Assembly: GCA_964291415.2 (NCBI GenBank)
Contig: OZ219918.1
Location: 320,001-384,000 of the forward strand
Reading direction: 5' to 3'
DNA: 64,000 nucleotides
Source: Alphaproteobacteria bacterium
GTDB taxonomy: Bacteria; Pseudomonadota; Alphaproteobacteria; SP197
Below, in pieces: positions 9,042 through 20,340 of the stretch (position 1 is its first letter; the number at the start of each line of letters is the position of its first letter). A program made the translations under genes and the position numbers. A model generated the notes under the pieces. That model searched no databases. It was not told where the DNA came from and worked only from the letters and a program-made list of their open reading frames with translations.

Positions 9042-11381
9042 CTAGTCATCGCCAGGCGGCGGATTCGCGAGAACCTCGCGCTTTCCGACGTGATTGGCGG
9101 CACTGACCACGCCGTTCTTCTCCATCTGTTCGATGATCGAGGCGGCGCGGTTGTACCCGATCTGCAGGTGGCGCTGGATGAAGCTTGTCGACGCCTTCTG
9201 TTCCGTCGTGACGATGAAAACGGCGCGGTCGTAGAGCGCCCGGTTCTTGTCGGGTGCTCCGCCGGCAGCCAGGTCGGGCAGGGAGTCGCCGACCTCCAGG
9301 GGTTCCTCCGTGACGGCGTCAAGGTACTCGGGCGTGCCTTGCGTGCGCAGGTAGGCGACAACCTCGCGCACCTCTTCATCGCTGACGAAGGGTCCGTGAA
9401 TGCGTGTCAGCCGGCCACCGCCGCGCAGGAACAGCATGTCACCCTTGCCGAGCAGCTGTTCGGCGCCCTGATCGCCGATGATCGTGCGGCTGTCGATCTT
9501 GGAGGTGACATTGAACGACACGCGGCATGGGAAGTTGGCCTTGATGGTGCCGGTGATGACATCGACCGAAGGCCGCTGGGTGGCCATGATGAGGTGGATG
9601 CCGGCGGCGCGGGCCATCTGCGACAGGCGCTGGATGGCGCCCTCGATGTCGCGCCCTGCGACCAGCATGAGATCCGCCATCTCGTCCACCACGACGACGA
9701 TGAAGGGCAAGGGCCTGTCGGCGATCACCTCCTCCTCGAAACACGGATCACCGGTTCTGGCATCGAAACCGGTCTGCACGGTCCGCGTCAGGGCAGTGCC
9801 TTCAGCAAGCGCTGCGGCGACGCGGGCATTGAAGCCCTCGATGTTGCGCACCCCGATCTTCTGCATGCCGCGGTAGCGGTTTTCCATTTCGCTGACCACC
9901 CACTTGAGGGCCATGACCGCCTTGTGCGGTTCGGTGACCACCGGAGCGAGAAGGTGCGGAATGTCGTCGTAGACCGAGAGTTCCAGCATCTTCGGGTCGA
10001 TCAGGATGAGCCGGCACTCGTCCGGCGACAGCCTGTAGAGGAGGGAGAGGATCATCGCGTTGACCGCCACCGACTTGCCGGACCCGGTGGTTCCGGCGAC
10101 CAGCAGATGAGGCATGTTGGCGAGGTCCTCGATCACCGGGGTGCCCGAAATCTGCTTGCCCAGGGCGATCGGCAGCCTGACATCCGTTCTGGTGAAGTCG
10201 CGGGTCTCCAGCAGCTCGCGCAGAACGACCATCTCGCGGTCTTCGTTGGGAAGTTCGATGCCGAGTACGGTGCGCCCGGGAACAACGGCCACGCGGGCCG
10301 AAACCGCAGACATGTTCCGGGCGATGTCGTCGGCCAGTCCTATGATGCGGTTGGCGCGTATGCCGGCATCGGGTTCGAGTTCGTAGAGTGTCACCACCGG
10401 GCCCTCACGCACATCTTCGATGTGACCGCGAATGCCGAAGTCCGACAGCACCTCTTCAAGCATCCGCGCCCTCTCGATCAGTGCGCTCCGGTTGACCTCG
10501 CGTCGTCGCGACGAATCGACATTGACCAGGAGTTCGCGGGGAGGAAGCCGGAAGGTGCCGTCATGGCGTTGCTCCTTGCGCGGCGCCGTCCGCCGCTTGC
10601 CGGGGGATCTCCCTCGGTCGACCACCGTTCCGGAACCCTTTTTGCGGGGCTTCTTGCGATCGGGGCGCCGCGACAGATCTCCCCGCGGTATCGGGAACTC
10701 GGGAACCGCATCGCCGTGGCTTGCACGCGCACTGCCGCCGGCACGCCACAGCGCAATCTTCTGTTTCAGTCGCACGAGACCACGCGCCGTGGCGCGGCAC
10801 GCTCGCCAGACCTGCCTGACGTCCGCCCAGGGCAAGGCCGCGGCGAATACCAGAGCGGCCAATGCCGGCACATGGAGAGCCAGGGCATAGTGCTGTGCCA
10901 TGGCGAGAGAAACTCCGAGCGTCTGCGCAGCCCAGGTCACCGCCAGGGTCCCGCCGATGCCGCCCGCACCGGCAACGAACCATCCGCTCACCGGTGTCGC
11001 CGCAAGAGCCGGCATGGCGAGGACTGTCGCCGCCAGGATCGCGAGCGCGCGCCAGACCGGATAGGTGAGCCGGTGACGGGCGATGAGGGAACGCCCCCAT
11101 GCAAGCAGCACGACGATCGGCAGGAGACCGGCGAGGCCGGTGAACGTGAGGACTGCTTCGGCCACGGTGGCCCCTGTGGCACCGGCAAGGTTGAGCACGG
11201 GTCCGTCCGTCACGTGATTGAGTGACGGATCGGCAGCCTCGAACGTTACCAGAGCCAGGATGAACCAGCCGGCGACTGCGAGACAGGCGACGCCCAGGGC
11301 CTCTATCAGCCGCCGGTTCATCCACGCCATCGCTGTCGCCGGAAGCAGGTTGGGAAAGGAAGATGCCGGTCGTGTGGCCAT
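9042..11381 (-). CDS. ftsK: DNA translocase FtsK
   Basis: N-terminal TMs, [33 protein letters not shown], gamma domain QIGYNRAA. Confidence 0.97.
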   Translation of the reverse strand: MATRPASSFPNLLPATAMAWMNRRLIEALGVACLAVAGWFILALVTFEAADPSLNHVTDGPVLNLAGATGATVAEAVLTFTGLAGLLPIVVLLAWGRSLIARHRLTYPVWRALAILAATVLAMPALAATPVSGWFVAGAGGIGGTLAVTWAAQTLGVSLAMAQHYALALHVPALAALVFAAALPWADVRQVWRACRATARGLVRLKQKIALWRAGGSARASHGDAVPEFPIPRGDLSRRPDRKKPRKKGSGTVVDRGRSPGKRRTAPRKEQRHDGTFRLPPRELLVNVDSSRRREVNRSALIERARMLEEVLSDFGIRGHIEDVREGPVVTLYELEPDAGIRANRIIGLADDIARNMSAVSARVAVVPGRTVLGIELPNEDREMVVLRELLETRDFTRTDVRLPIALGKQISGTPVIEDLANMPHLLVAGTTGSGKSVAVNAMILSLLYRLSPDECRLILIDPKMLELSVYDDIPHLLAPVVTEPHKAVMALKWVVSEMENRYRGMQKIGVRNIEGFNARVAAALAEGTALTRTVQTGFDARTGDPCFEEEVIADRPLPFIVVVVDEMADLMLVAGRDIEGAIQRLSQMARAAGIHLIMATQRPSVDVITGTIKANFPCRVSFNVTSKIDSRTIIGDQGAEQLLGKGDMLFLRGGGRLTRIHGPFVSDEEVREVVAYLRTQGTPEYLDAVTEEPLEVGDSLPDLAAGGAPDKNRALYDRAVFIVTTEQKASTSFIQRHLQIGYNRAASIIEQMEKNGVVSAANHVGKREVLANPPPGDD

Positions 11382-11384
11382 GAC

Positions 11385-12587
11385 TCAGCTCCCTTCTGCC
11401 AGTGTTTCCGCAAGACGGGTCAGACCTTCCCGGGTGGAGTCGTGATCGCCCACCAGCGCCACCCTGATGTAGGGCAGCGCGTCATTGGTGCCATCGGCGT
11501 GATCCTCCGCGAGGTAGGCGCCAGGGAGAACCTTGACGCCGGCTTCGGCCCACAGCTTCCTTGCGGCCTCGATACCGTTGCCGACATCCAGCCACAGGAA
11601 GAAACCGCCGGGCGGCCTGAAGAATCCGAAACGGTTGCCGAGAACGCGCTCGGCCATGTCGATCTTCTCCCGGTAGAGTCGGCGGTTCTCCTCGACGTGA
11701 GCCTCGTCGGACCACAGCACCTCGGCGGTGCTTATGACGGCCATCGGGCTTGCCGCCGCTGCGTACCTGCGCAGGCGCATGTAGGCGGCGATGAATTCAG
11801 GGTCGCCGGCCACGAAGCCATGACGCAGACCGGGAATGCTGGAGCGTTTGGACAGTGAATGGAAGCAGACGACATGTGACAGATCGCCGTCTTCGGCACA
11901 GACCTGCATGACGCCGGGCGGTGGCGCGCGATCCCAGATCTCGGCATAGCACTCGTCCGAGACAAGCAGGAAGTCGTGCCGCCTGGCAAGGTTGACAACC
12001 CGCCGGAGATAGGCGGGCTCAGCCACCGCGCCCTGAGGGTTGGCAGGTGAACAGAGGTAGAAGATGGCCGTTCTGTCGAGGACATCATCGGTGAGACTGT
12101 CGAGATCCGGCAGAAATCCGGTCTTCGAGGTGCAGGGCATGAAGACCGGTTGCGCTCCGGCTGCCACGGCACCCGCCTTGTAGGGCGGATAGAAGGGATT
12201 GGGCATCAACGCCAGCGGCGTGCCGTTCGCCCGTGTTGTCGGCACGGCTGCAAGCGCGATCATGAAGAGGCCTTCCCTGGTTCCCTGGACCGGGATGATG
12301 CTCCGATCGGAGTCGATGAAGCCATCGGCGAGACCATAGCGTCGGGAGAGCCAGGCGGCCATGGTGCGCCTCAGGCCTGGTGTGCCCTCCACGGGGGGAT
12401 ACCTGCCGTAATCCGCGAAGGAATCAGCCAGCGGCTGGCGTGCAATCTCCGGCACACCATGGCGCGGCTCGCCGATCCACATCGCGATCGCCTCGCTGGC
12501 ACCGTCAGGCAAGGGAATATCCTTGATGAGCGCGTTCATGCGCCGGAATGGATATTCCTTCAGGGTTTCAAGTCTGTCGCTGATCAT
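11385..12587 (-). CDS. PLP-dependent aminotransferase class I/II (DapC-like)
   Basis: CSPANPQG, SDECY, HSLSKRS. Confidence 0.88.
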   Translation of the reverse strand: MISDRLETLKEYPFRRMNALIKDIPLPDGASEAIAMWIGEPRHGVPEIARQPLADSFADYGRYPPVEGTPGLRRTMAAWLSRRYGLADGFIDSDRSIIPVQGTREGLFMIALAAVPTTRANGTPLALMPNPFYPPYKAGAVAAGAQPVFMPCTSKTGFLPDLDSLTDDVLDRTAIFYLCSPANPQGAVAEPAYLRRVVNLARRHDFLLVSDECYAEIWDRAPPPGVMQVCAEDGDLSHVVCFHSLSKRSSIPGLRHGFVAGDPEFIAAYMRLRRYAAAASPMAVISTAEVLWSDEAHVEENRRLYREKIDMAERVLGNRFGFFRPPGGFFLWLDVGNGIEAARKLWAEAGVKVLPGAYLAEDHADGTNDALPYIRVALVGDHDSTREGLTRLAETLAEGS

Positions 12588-12689
12588 GCTGTCATACCGC
12601 GGCTGGTCGGGAGTGTCGCATACATCACCCCCTGAAATCAAAATCTTCTTTGTTGATGGTCTGTTAAGCTGTGTTCCTCCCGGCTTTGG

Positions 12690-13565
12690 TCAACTTTCGC
12701 GCTGGCGCGCCAGGGATTCCCTGCGGGCGACATAGAGACCGGCAAGGACGATGATTGTGGCGCCCGCCCATGTCCATGTGTCCGGAAACTCGCGCCAGAA
12801 GACCCAGCCATAGAACGTGGCGCCGACAATCTCGGTGTAGATGAAGGGCGCCAGCAGCGAGGCCGGCGCCAGGGTATAGGCCCTGATGACGAGACCGTTG
12901 CTGCTTGACGAGAGAAGGGCAATCACCGCAAGCGCCACCCATTGCCAGCCGACCGGTGACTGCCAGTACCACGGGATCATCGCCGCGAGCACCCCAAGGG
13001 TGATCAGCGATGACCATAACATCATGTTTGCAGTGGAGTTTCTCACGGATATCTTGCGAGTGATGACAACGTAGACTGACCAGATCACGACCGCCAGCAC
13101 CGGCCAGATGGCACCCCATCCCATCAGTCCCGAACCGGGGCGCACGATGATGAGACCACCGACGAGACCGACGACACAGGCGCCCCAGCGATGCCATCCG
13201 GCACGTTCACCGAGAAACACGTGGGCCATGGCTGTGATCATCAGGGGACCGACGAAGAGAATGGCGATGAGATCGGCGAACTGGAGGACCTTGAGTCCGC
13301 TGTAGAACGTGTAGCCCATGGCGAACTGGCACGCGGAACGGGCGATCTGCCAGCCCGGATCGGCGGTCCGGATTAGGCGCAGCGGATTGGGCTGGCGCGA
13401 CACCAGCAGCGCCATGACCACGAGGCCGCCGGCCTGGAACACCATGATCTGGAAGATCGGCAGATCCTGGATTGTCCACTTTGCCAGGGCGTCGGAGGAG
13501 TTGATCAGCAACAGCGACACCAGCATCAGGACGATGCCGGCGGCGTGTGGATGAAAGCGGGTCAC
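12690..13565 (-). CDS. DMT/EamA family transporter
   Basis: About 10 TM segments, LGE..GWHRW, APASLLAPFIY; GTG start overlaps the amidase stop. Confidence 0.88.
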   Translation of the reverse strand: MTRFHPHAAGIVLMLVSLLLINSSDALAKWTIQDLPIFQIMVFQAGGLVVMALLVSRQPNPLRLIRTADPGWQIARSACQFAMGYTFYSGLKVLQFADLIAILFVGPLMITAMAHVFLGERAGWHRWGACVVGLVGGLIIVRPGSGLMGWGAIWPVLAVVIWSVYVVITRKISVRNSTANMMLWSSLITLGVLAAMIPWYWQSPVGWQWVALAVIALLSSSSNGLVIRAYTLAPASLLAPFIYTEIVGATFYGWVFWREFPDTWTWAGATIIVLAGLYVARRESLARQRES

Positions 13566-14920
13566 GAAGGCAGCTGTGTCGTTCCGGCAGCCTCGACGGC
13601 TCTGGCGAGACGCAGCAGGGCCTCCTCCCTGCCGGGCCGTTGCATCAGCATCAGGCCTGCCGGCATGCCGGACGCGTCGGTCCCGCATGGCAGGGTGACA
13701 GCGCAGACCTTCAGCAGATTGCCCGGCGTCGTGTTTGCGAGCATGGCGGCGTTCGCTTCCCTGTACGCCTTCTCGTCCTCAAGAAGATCGGCGATCTTCG
13801 GCGCACTGATGCGGACAGTGGGGGCCACCAGGGCATCGCAACCGCCCAGCCTGCGGTGGAGCCTGTCGGCCAGGGAGTCGAGTTCACGCAGGATCTCCAG
13901 AACCTCGTGCCCGACCTGGGCCTTGCCGGAGAGGAACCGGGGCAACATGAAGGGAAAGATCTGATCCGGCCTGTCGCTCACCACATCGGACCAGCGCGAC
14001 CAGGCATCCGTCGCGATCAGCCGGCCCGCGACCTCAATCGCCCGCGCGAACTCGTCGACATCCTGCCATTCGACGTCTGCGCCGGCAGCGTCGAGTCGCG
14101 AGAGGGCCTCCCGGCAGGCGTGGTCAATGCCCTCATCGATACCGCGCCACATCGGCGAGGCGACCGCGACCAGGCGCTTGCCTCTGAGCCGGGCGCCGTT
14201 GAGGTCAGCCATCGTTCTGCCCGAGAGGACCGACCACATGGCGGTGGCATCGGCCACGTCCGCGGCAAGCGGTCCGATGGTGTCGAACAGCGAGGCCAGT
14301 GGCATCACGCCGTCCATGGGGAGTGCGCCGATGGTGGTCTTGAGACCGACCACGCCATTGAGGGAAGCGGGAATGCGCACCGACCCTCCGGTATCGCTGC
14401 CGATCGCGATCGGGCCGAGTCCTCGTGCAACGGCGACACCGGCTCCGGACGAAGAGCCTCCGGGAATGCGCTCGACGGCCGTGTCGTGGGCATTGGCCGG
14501 AGTGCCATGGGTCGTGTTGATGCCGAGTCCGGAGAAGGCGAATTCTGTCATATTGGTCTTGCCAAGGAAGATGGTGCCTGCCTGGGTGGCGCGCTGCAGC
14601 AGGACACCGTCGCGCTCGGGCACGCGGCCCTCAAGGGCCCGTGCCGCCATCGTGGTCTCGACACCGGCGACATCCACCAGATCCTTCCAGGACACCGGAA
14701 CGCCGTCGAGAGGTCCCCGTCCCGCACCCTGGCGCTGGCGGCGACGGGCAGCCTGTGCCTCCGCGCGGGTGCGGTCCTCGGAAAGGCGGATGAAGATCCG
14801 CCCTTCGGCATCGAGTGTCGCGATGCGCTCGAGAAAGTGTTCGGCGAGATCCACGGGATCGATCGCGCCACCGGCAATCTCCCTGCCAAGCTGCAGCGCC
14901 GTCATGTCGTGCCACATCAT
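13562..14920 (-). CDS. Amidase signature family protein
   Basis: GVPVSWKD, GKTNMTEFA, PGGSSSG, GSDTGGSVRIPA. Confidence 0.93.
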   Translation of the reverse strand: MMWHDMTALQLGREIAGGAIDPVDLAEHFLERIATLDAEGRIFIRLSEDRTRAEAQAARRRQRQGAGRGPLDGVPVSWKDLVDVAGVETTMAARALEGRVPERDGVLLQRATQAGTIFLGKTNMTEFAFSGLGINTTHGTPANAHDTAVERIPGGSSSGAGVAVARGLGPIAIGSDTGGSVRIPASLNGVVGLKTTIGALPMDGVMPLASLFDTIGPLAADVADATAMWSVLSGRTMADLNGARLRGKRLVAVASPMWRGIDEGIDHACREALSRLDAAGADVEWQDVDEFARAIEVAGRLIATDAWSRWSDVVSDRPDQIFPFMLPRFLSGKAQVGHEVLEILRELDSLADRLHRRLGGCDALVAPTVRISAPKIADLLEDEKAYREANAAMLANTTPGNLLKVCAVTLPCGTDASGMPAGLMLMQRPGREEALLRLARAVEAAGTTQLPS

Positions 14921-15030
14921 CGCCCGGCTCCCCTGATGTTCTCAGACGGGTGTCCCCTGCTGCTTGCTACCATTGTCGCGCCGGTGCTGCCAGTGATGAC
15001 GTCGCACGGGATGTCATGTTGAATGGAGCC

Positions 15031-16239
15031 ATGGAATCGCGTTTCGATATCTGTGTCGTCGGCGGTGGCATGAGCGGCATGACGGCGGCCCTTGCCACGG
15101 CACACGCTGGATTCAAGGTGGCCCTGGTGGAAAGGGTACCCCGTCAGACGATTCTCGACGGCTCGTTCGACGGACGCGTATCCTCCATTTCCTGGGGTTC
15201 GAAGCTCGTTCTCGAACGGCTGGATGCATGGCGTGACGTCGTCCCCCGCGCCCAGCCCATCCTGGATATCCGCGTCTCCGATCGCCACACGCCCTTCTTC
15301 CTTCACTACGACCATCGCGATGTCGGTGAACATCCCATGGGATGGATCATGGAAAACCGGGTCCTCCGACAGGCGCTGGATGGCGCGGTGGGCCGCGCCG
15401 GGCGGGTCCATCCGGTATGCGCGCGCGTTGTCGCCATGGAATGCGACGATGCGGGAGCAACCCTGGGCCTTGATGATGGCGCCTCGCTCCGCTGCGGTCT
15501 CGTCGTTGCCTGCGACGGCGCCGGTTCGCCGTTGCGCGCCATGGCCGGCATCGACGCCTGGCATCACGACTACCGGCAGACCGCCATCATCGCCACGGTC
15601 CGTCATTCACGACCACACAACGGTATCGCCCACGAGCGTTTCCTTGCCGGAGGTCCCTTTGCCATCTTGCCGCTGCCGGGAGACCGCTCCTCCATCGTCT
15701 GGACCGAGAACGAGGACGTTGCGAGAAGGGTGCTCGAACTCGATCACAGCATGTTCGCGGAGGAACTGGCGTGGCGGTTTGGCGACTTTCTGGGACCGCT
15801 CGACGTCACGGGACCGGTCCTCGACCATCAGCTTTCCCTGGTGGTCGCCAACCGGTTGACCGGCCGCCGGCTGGCCCTGGTGGGCGATGCCGCCCACGCC
15901 ATCCACCCCATCGCCGGCCAGGGGTTCAATCTCGGCATCCGCGATGCGGCGGTGCTGGCCGAGGTTCTGGCCGACATGGCGCGTCTCGGGCTGGACCCTG
16001 GCGCCGGCGCGGTCCTGGCGGCCTACGCCCGCCGGCGTCGCGTCGATACGTGGATGCTGGTCGCCATGACCCACGGTCTCAACCGCCTCTTTGCCATGCG
16101 ATCGCCTCCGGTGGCGCTGGCCCGCGGCCTCGGTCTTGCCCTCGTCGGATCCATGACACCCGTCAAGCGCCTGCTCATGAAGGATGCCATGGGGGTGGCG
16201 GGCCGCCTGCCGCGGCTGATGACCGGGGAGAGGCTGTAG
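15031..16239 (+). CDS. ubiH: UbiH/UbiL/COQ6-family FAD hydroxylase (ubiquinone biosynthesis)
   Basis: VVGGGMSG, ACDG, GDAAHAIHPIAGQGFNLGIRD; RBS GGAG. Confidence 0.88.
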   Translation: MESRFDICVVGGGMSGMTAALATAHAGFKVALVERVPRQTILDGSFDGRVSSISWGSKLVLERLDAWRDVVPRAQPILDIRVSDRHTPFFLHYDHRDVGEHPMGWIMENRVLRQALDGAVGRAGRVHPVCARVVAMECDDAGATLGLDDGASLRCGLVVACDGAGSPLRAMAGIDAWHHDYRQTAIIATVRHSRPHNGIAHERFLAGGPFAILPLPGDRSSIVWTENEDVARRVLELDHSMFAEELAWRFGDFLGPLDVTGPVLDHQLSLVVANRLTGRRLALVGDAAHAIHPIAGQGFNLGIRDAAVLAEVLADMARLGLDPGAGAVLAAYARRRRVDTWMLVAMTHGLNRLFAMRSPPVALARGLGLALVGSMTPVKRLLMKDAMGVAGRLPRLMTGERL

Positions 16240-16252
16240 TCAAGGAGCCGGT

Positions 16253-17533
16253 TCAGGAGCGGCCCTCCTCCTCCTTCAGGGTGCTCAGCACCAGCCAGCC
16301 GGCTGCCAGCAGGACGACGATGACAGCCATGCCGAGGCGCTGGTTTGACGTCGCATAGGTGACCACACCGACGAGAAGCGGCCCGGCGAAGCTGGTGATC
16401 TTGCCGGAGAGCGCGAACAGGCCGAACATCTCGCCGGTCATGTGCGACGGGGCGAGGTGGGCCATGAGAGACCGGCTTGCCGACTGCACCGGGCCGATGA
16501 AAATGCCGAGCAGGCCTCCCAGAATCCAGAACCAGAGCGTCGATTCGGTGATCAGCACGGCGACACTGAGCACGATGAGGGCGGCGAGTGCGACAAGCAG
16601 GGTCCGCCGCGCCCCGATCCGGTCGTCCACCCATCCGAAGACCACGGCCCCTGCGCACGCCGTGATGTTGAGCAGGATGGCGAACAGCAACACCGATTCC
16701 TCGTCCAGGGCGAAGATTGTGGCCGCGTAGACACCGCCCAGGGCAAAGAGTGTGTTGAGACCATCGACATAGAGCAGGCGGGCGATGAGAAACCGGATGA
16801 TCGTCTTGTGCTGGCGAAACTCCCGCAACGTGTCCACGAGTTGCCTGATACCGTTGCGCACGGCCTCTGCCGGAGCCCGTCCGGTTGCCGGCCTGTCTGG
16901 CGTGAACAGGAAGAACGGCCAGCTGAAGACGATGAACCAGAGCGCGGTGACGACGGCGACGAAGCGGATGTGCTCCGCCTCGCCCCGATCCAGCCCGAAG
17001 GGCAGCGGATCGGCCAGAACGAACAGCCCGAGGACCAGCAGGAGACAGGCGATTCCTCCTGCGTATCCCAAGCCCCAGGCCCATCCCGACAGGCGGCCGA
17101 AGCGTGAGGGGTCGACGAGGTCCGGCAGCATCGCGTTGTAGAAGACGGTCGACGTCTCGAAGGCGATGTTGACCACGGCGACGAGAGCCAGGGCCGGAAT
17201 GATCCAGCGCGCATCAGGCGCGCAGAACCACAGCGCCGCCGTCGCCACGACCATGACGAGACTGAATCCAGTGACCCATGGCTTGCGGCGGCCGCCGGCA
17301 TCCGCGATGGCGCCCGCCACGGGCGCCAGGATGGCGATGACGAATGCCGACACCGCGATGCCCCAGCTCCACAGGGCAAGACCCTCCGCCTCGTTGCCGG
17401 CAATCGCGCGGGCAAAGTAGGGAGCAAAGATGAACGTGATGACGATCGTGGGCGTGGGAGAGTTTGCCCAGTCGAAGAGGCACCACGAGAAGATTCCCCT
17501 GGTCCCGGCGGGGCGGATGGTCCGGGTCGTCAC
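16253..17533 (-). CDS. MFS transporter (UMF1-like)
   Basis: SWCLFDWANS, FYNAMLP, QSASRSLMA; GTG start overlaps the GNAT stop. Confidence 0.9.
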   Translation of the reverse strand: MTTRTIRPAGTRGIFSWCLFDWANSPTPTIVITFIFAPYFARAIAGNEAEGLALWSWGIAVSAFVIAILAPVAGAIADAGGRRKPWVTGFSLVMVVATAALWFCAPDARWIIPALALVAVVNIAFETSTVFYNAMLPDLVDPSRFGRLSGWAWGLGYAGGIACLLLVLGLFVLADPLPFGLDRGEAEHIRFVAVVTALWFIVFSWPFFLFTPDRPATGRAPAEAVRNGIRQLVDTLREFRQHKTIIRFLIARLLYVDGLNTLFALGGVYAATIFALDEESVLLFAILLNITACAGAVVFGWVDDRIGARRTLLVALAALIVLSVAVLITESTLWFWILGGLLGIFIGPVQSASRSLMAHLAPSHMTGEMFGLFALSGKITSFAGPLLVGVVTYATSNQRLGMAVIVVLLAAGWLVLSTLKEEEGRS

Positions 17534-18126
17534 CTTGACACGTCCCGGCTGATGCCGCCCTGGTGCGCGGGGGAACGGAATTCCGCCAGCCACTCCTTCC
17601 GGTTGATCACGTAGAGAACCTGGGATCCCTGATAGGCAACGACGTCGCTGTCGTACGTGAACCCGAGTCTCGACATCAGGCGCCTCGAGGCGAGGTTGTG
17701 GGGGCTCGTGATAGCCTGGATGCTGCGTGTGCCGAGATCGATGAAGGCATGTTCGACAATCCTTGCGGTGGCTTCCGCCGCGTGACCCCTTCCGGCCGCC
17801 TGGCGGGCGATGGCCCAGCCTGCCTCCAGCTTCTTCGCAGGATCGATGTCGTCGCCGATGTCGATGACAAATCCCGTGTAGCCCATGATGGGCTCGTCGC
17901 TCCGGTCCTTCTCCCGGATGCCCCACATGCCCACATCATGGTGTTCGAAGGCCCACAGTGACCGTTCGACGTAGTACCGGGAGAGGTCACCGGGGTCATT
18001 GGAGCGTCCCGGGATGTCCATGAGATCCCACATGTGCCCCCGGTCCGCAAACAGGTCCTCGAGTGCCGGGAGATCGCCCCTGGCAAGGGGGCGCAGAACG
18101 AGCCGCCTTGTGGCAAGAACCGTCAC
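17530..18126 (-). CDS. GNAT acetyltransferase, RimJ/RimL family
   Basis: TRRLVLRP, EAGW, GRGHAAEA, NLASRRLMSRLGF. Confidence 0.88.
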   Translation of the reverse strand: MTVLATRRLVLRPLARGDLPALEDLFADRGHMWDLMDIPGRSNDPGDLSRYYVERSLWAFEHHDVGMWGIREKDRSDEPIMGYTGFVIDIGDDIDPAKKLEAGWAIARQAAGRGHAAEATARIVEHAFIDLGTRSIQAITSPHNLASRRLMSRLGFTYDSDVVAYQGSQVLYVINRKEWLAEFRSPAHQGGISRDVSR

Positions 18127-18249
18127 ACGCCTGTCACCTCAGCCGTTCACGTGACACTGTGCCGATACGCCCTTCTGCGGGCAACCCCAACCTTGGCAAG
18201 GGAAGGACATGATGGCAGGAATCACCTCACGCCGGAGGCGAAGGAACCG

Positions 18250-19122
18250 ATGACGATCCCGCTGATCCACGGCCTTTCCTCGCTTGTCGGACGCTATGAC
18301 GGATTGCTTGTGGACCTGTGGGGGTGCCTGCACAACGGCGTCGACGCCCATGCTCCCGCTGTTGAAGCACTGGTGGCATTCCGCCGCCTTGGCGGTCATG
18401 TCGTGCTGCTCTCGAATGCGCCACGCTTGCCGCAGGCCGTTGCCCGGCAACTGGAGGCGATGGGCGTTCCCGACTGCGCCTGGGACGGCATCATGACGGC
18501 CGGCCTGGCGACGCGTCTGGCCCTCGAGGAGCGCCAGGACTCCTGGTATGCGGCGCTTGGTCCCGGGTTCTGGCACCTGGGAACGGAGCGGGACGCCCGC
18601 CTCCTTGAAGGGCTCGCCCTTGAACGGTGCACGTCTGTCGATGACGCGGACTTTGTGCTGTGCTGCGGAATCCGTCGCCCGGGCGAGACCCTTGACGACA
18701 TCATGCCTGAACTCGAACCGGCGCTCGAACGCGGCCTGCCCATGCTGTCGGCAAACCCGGACAGGTTTGTCCTGCGCGGCGACGAACGCGAGATCTGTGC
18801 CGGCATGATCGCCGAGGCCTATGTGGCCCGTGGTGGGTCCATGCGCCAGGAGGGCAAACCCTTTCCGTCGGTCTACCGTCGGTGTCTCGACATGATGGCG
18901 GGTGCGCTCCCGGAACGCGTCCTTGCCGTGGGAGACGGCATCGGGACGGACATCATCGGCGCGCGCGACAGTGGCATCGATGCAGTCTGGATCACCGGAG
19001 GTCTGCCGGCGCATTTCTGGGGCATTGCACCGGAGCGGGTGCCGCCGCAGACTCTGGTGGATGAGGCCTGCCGGCGCCATGGCGTCATGCCGGCCGGCAT
19101 CATGCCCATGCTGACGTGGTAG
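18250..19122 (+). CDS. HAD-IIA hydrolase (TIGR01459-like)
   Basis: DLWGCLHNG, LSNAPR, ANPD, GKP, VGDGIGTDI. Confidence 0.9.
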   Translation: MTIPLIHGLSSLVGRYDGLLVDLWGCLHNGVDAHAPAVEALVAFRRLGGHVVLLSNAPRLPQAVARQLEAMGVPDCAWDGIMTAGLATRLALEERQDSWYAALGPGFWHLGTERDARLLEGLALERCTSVDDADFVLCCGIRRPGETLDDIMPELEPALERGLPMLSANPDRFVLRGDEREICAGMIAEAYVARGGSMRQEGKPFPSVYRRCLDMMAGALPERVLAVGDGIGTDIIGARDSGIDAVWITGGLPAHFWGIAPERVPPQTLVDEACRRHGVMPAGIMPMLTW

Positions 19123-19251
19123 CGGGATAGATTGCCGGTGTACGGGCATTCGCGCGCCGGGGTCTGCTTGTTCCTCGTCGACGGCTGCTATTCACGTGAA
19201 TTCCCTCTCCGCGCTGCAGGAGCGCTGCATCTGTGTTCATGTCCGCCTGCA

Positions 19252-19280
19252 TTGACGCCATTGGAACACGGCCGCACAAT
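19252..19280 (+). promoter_or_regulatory. Candidate sigma70 promoter of the amino-acid ABC operon
   Basis: TTGACG-N17-CACAAT about 130 bp upstream of the binding-protein start. Confidence 0.5.
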
Positions 19281-19408
19281 GACGTCGTGCGAGAGTCGCT
19301 CGCCCACTGCAATGAGCCGCGTTCCGATCGATGTCCCGGGCCAACTTGCCTGAAAGTGAGCGGCCGAAACCATAGCCAAACAAGTCAAATCAATGAGGAG
19401 GAGTTGCC

Positions 19409-20200
19409 ATGAAGAAGATACGTTCGATGCTGGCGGCGGCACTCGCCGTCGTTGCATTCGGTGCGGTCAATTCCGCCACGGCGGAGACGCTGCGCGTCGG
19501 CATGGAATGCACCTATGCACCATTCAACTTCAGGGATGCCGATGGCGAACTCATGGGCTATGACGTCGATGTTGCCAAGGGTGTCGCTGGCATTATCGGC
19601 GCCGATCTGGAGTTTGTCTGCCAGCAATGGGACGGCATGATCCCGGCTCTCCTGGCCAACAAGTTCGATTTGATCATCGCATCCATGTCGATCACCGAAA
19701 AGCGCCTGAAGAAAATGGATTTCTCCGATACGTACCGCATTTCGGTCGGCCGCCTGGTAGGCAGAAAAGATGCCGGATGGGAGCTTTTCGACGATGCGGG
19801 CAATCCGATCCCCGAGAACTTCGCCGGCCTCAAGGTGGGCCTGGAACGGGCAACGACCTATTCGGACTGGTTCGAAAACGAACTTCCGGAAGCAGAAGTG
19901 GTTCTCTACGATTCAAACGAGGCGCTGTATCTCGATTTGGTGAATGGCCGAACCGACATGATCATGACCAATCCCATGAAGGCCTACCTCAGATTCCTCA
20001 GCCAGGAGGACGGTGGGGGCTTTGAGTTCGTCAGCCCGCAGATTGACGAGAAGAAGTATTTCGGCATTGGTGTCGGCATTGGACTTCGCAAGGGCAATGA
20101 CGAATTGAAGGCCCGTCTGAATGACGCCATCAAGACGCTGACCGAGGACGGTTCGCTGGAGAGATACGCCCTGCAGTATTTCCCCTTCGCCATCCACTGA
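19409..20200 (+). CDS. Polar amino-acid ABC substrate-binding protein (family 3)
   Basis: Signal peptide, YAPFN, GYDVD, WDGMIPALLANKFD, SMSITEKR. Confidence 0.92.
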   Translation: MKKIRSMLAAALAVVAFGAVNSATAETLRVGMECTYAPFNFRDADGELMGYDVDVAKGVAGIIGADLEFVCQQWDGMIPALLANKFDLIIASMSITEKRLKKMDFSDTYRISVGRLVGRKDAGWELFDDAGNPIPENFAGLKVGLERATTYSDWFENELPEAEVVLYDSNEALYLDLVNGRTDMIMTNPMKAYLRFLSQEDGGGFEFVSPQIDEKKYFGIGVGIGLRKGNDELKARLNDAIKTLTEDGSLERYALQYFPFAIH

Positions 20201-20237
20201 CCAGGCGCAGCATTCACAGTTCAGATCAGATGTCATG

Positions 20238-20279
20238 TCCGCGATGGGGGTCTCCATCAGCTCCCATCGCGGATTTTTT
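20238..20279 (+). terminator. Hairpin with U-tract after the binding-protein gene
   Basis: TCCGCGATGGG...CCCATCGCGGA followed by TTTTTT. Confidence 0.7.
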
Positions 20280-20340
20280 CTGACGAATTGATATCCCGCC
20301 CTTGAATGATGTTCTATCGCGCCAAATGGGATGAATTGCC

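Noticed and set aside
8004-11225. 1073-aa plus-strand ORF and other long antisense ORFs (e.g. 4761-6572, 25286-27532, 36074-37591, 57867-59396)
   Set aside because: Shadow frames of well-supported genes in high-GC DNA; no motifs.
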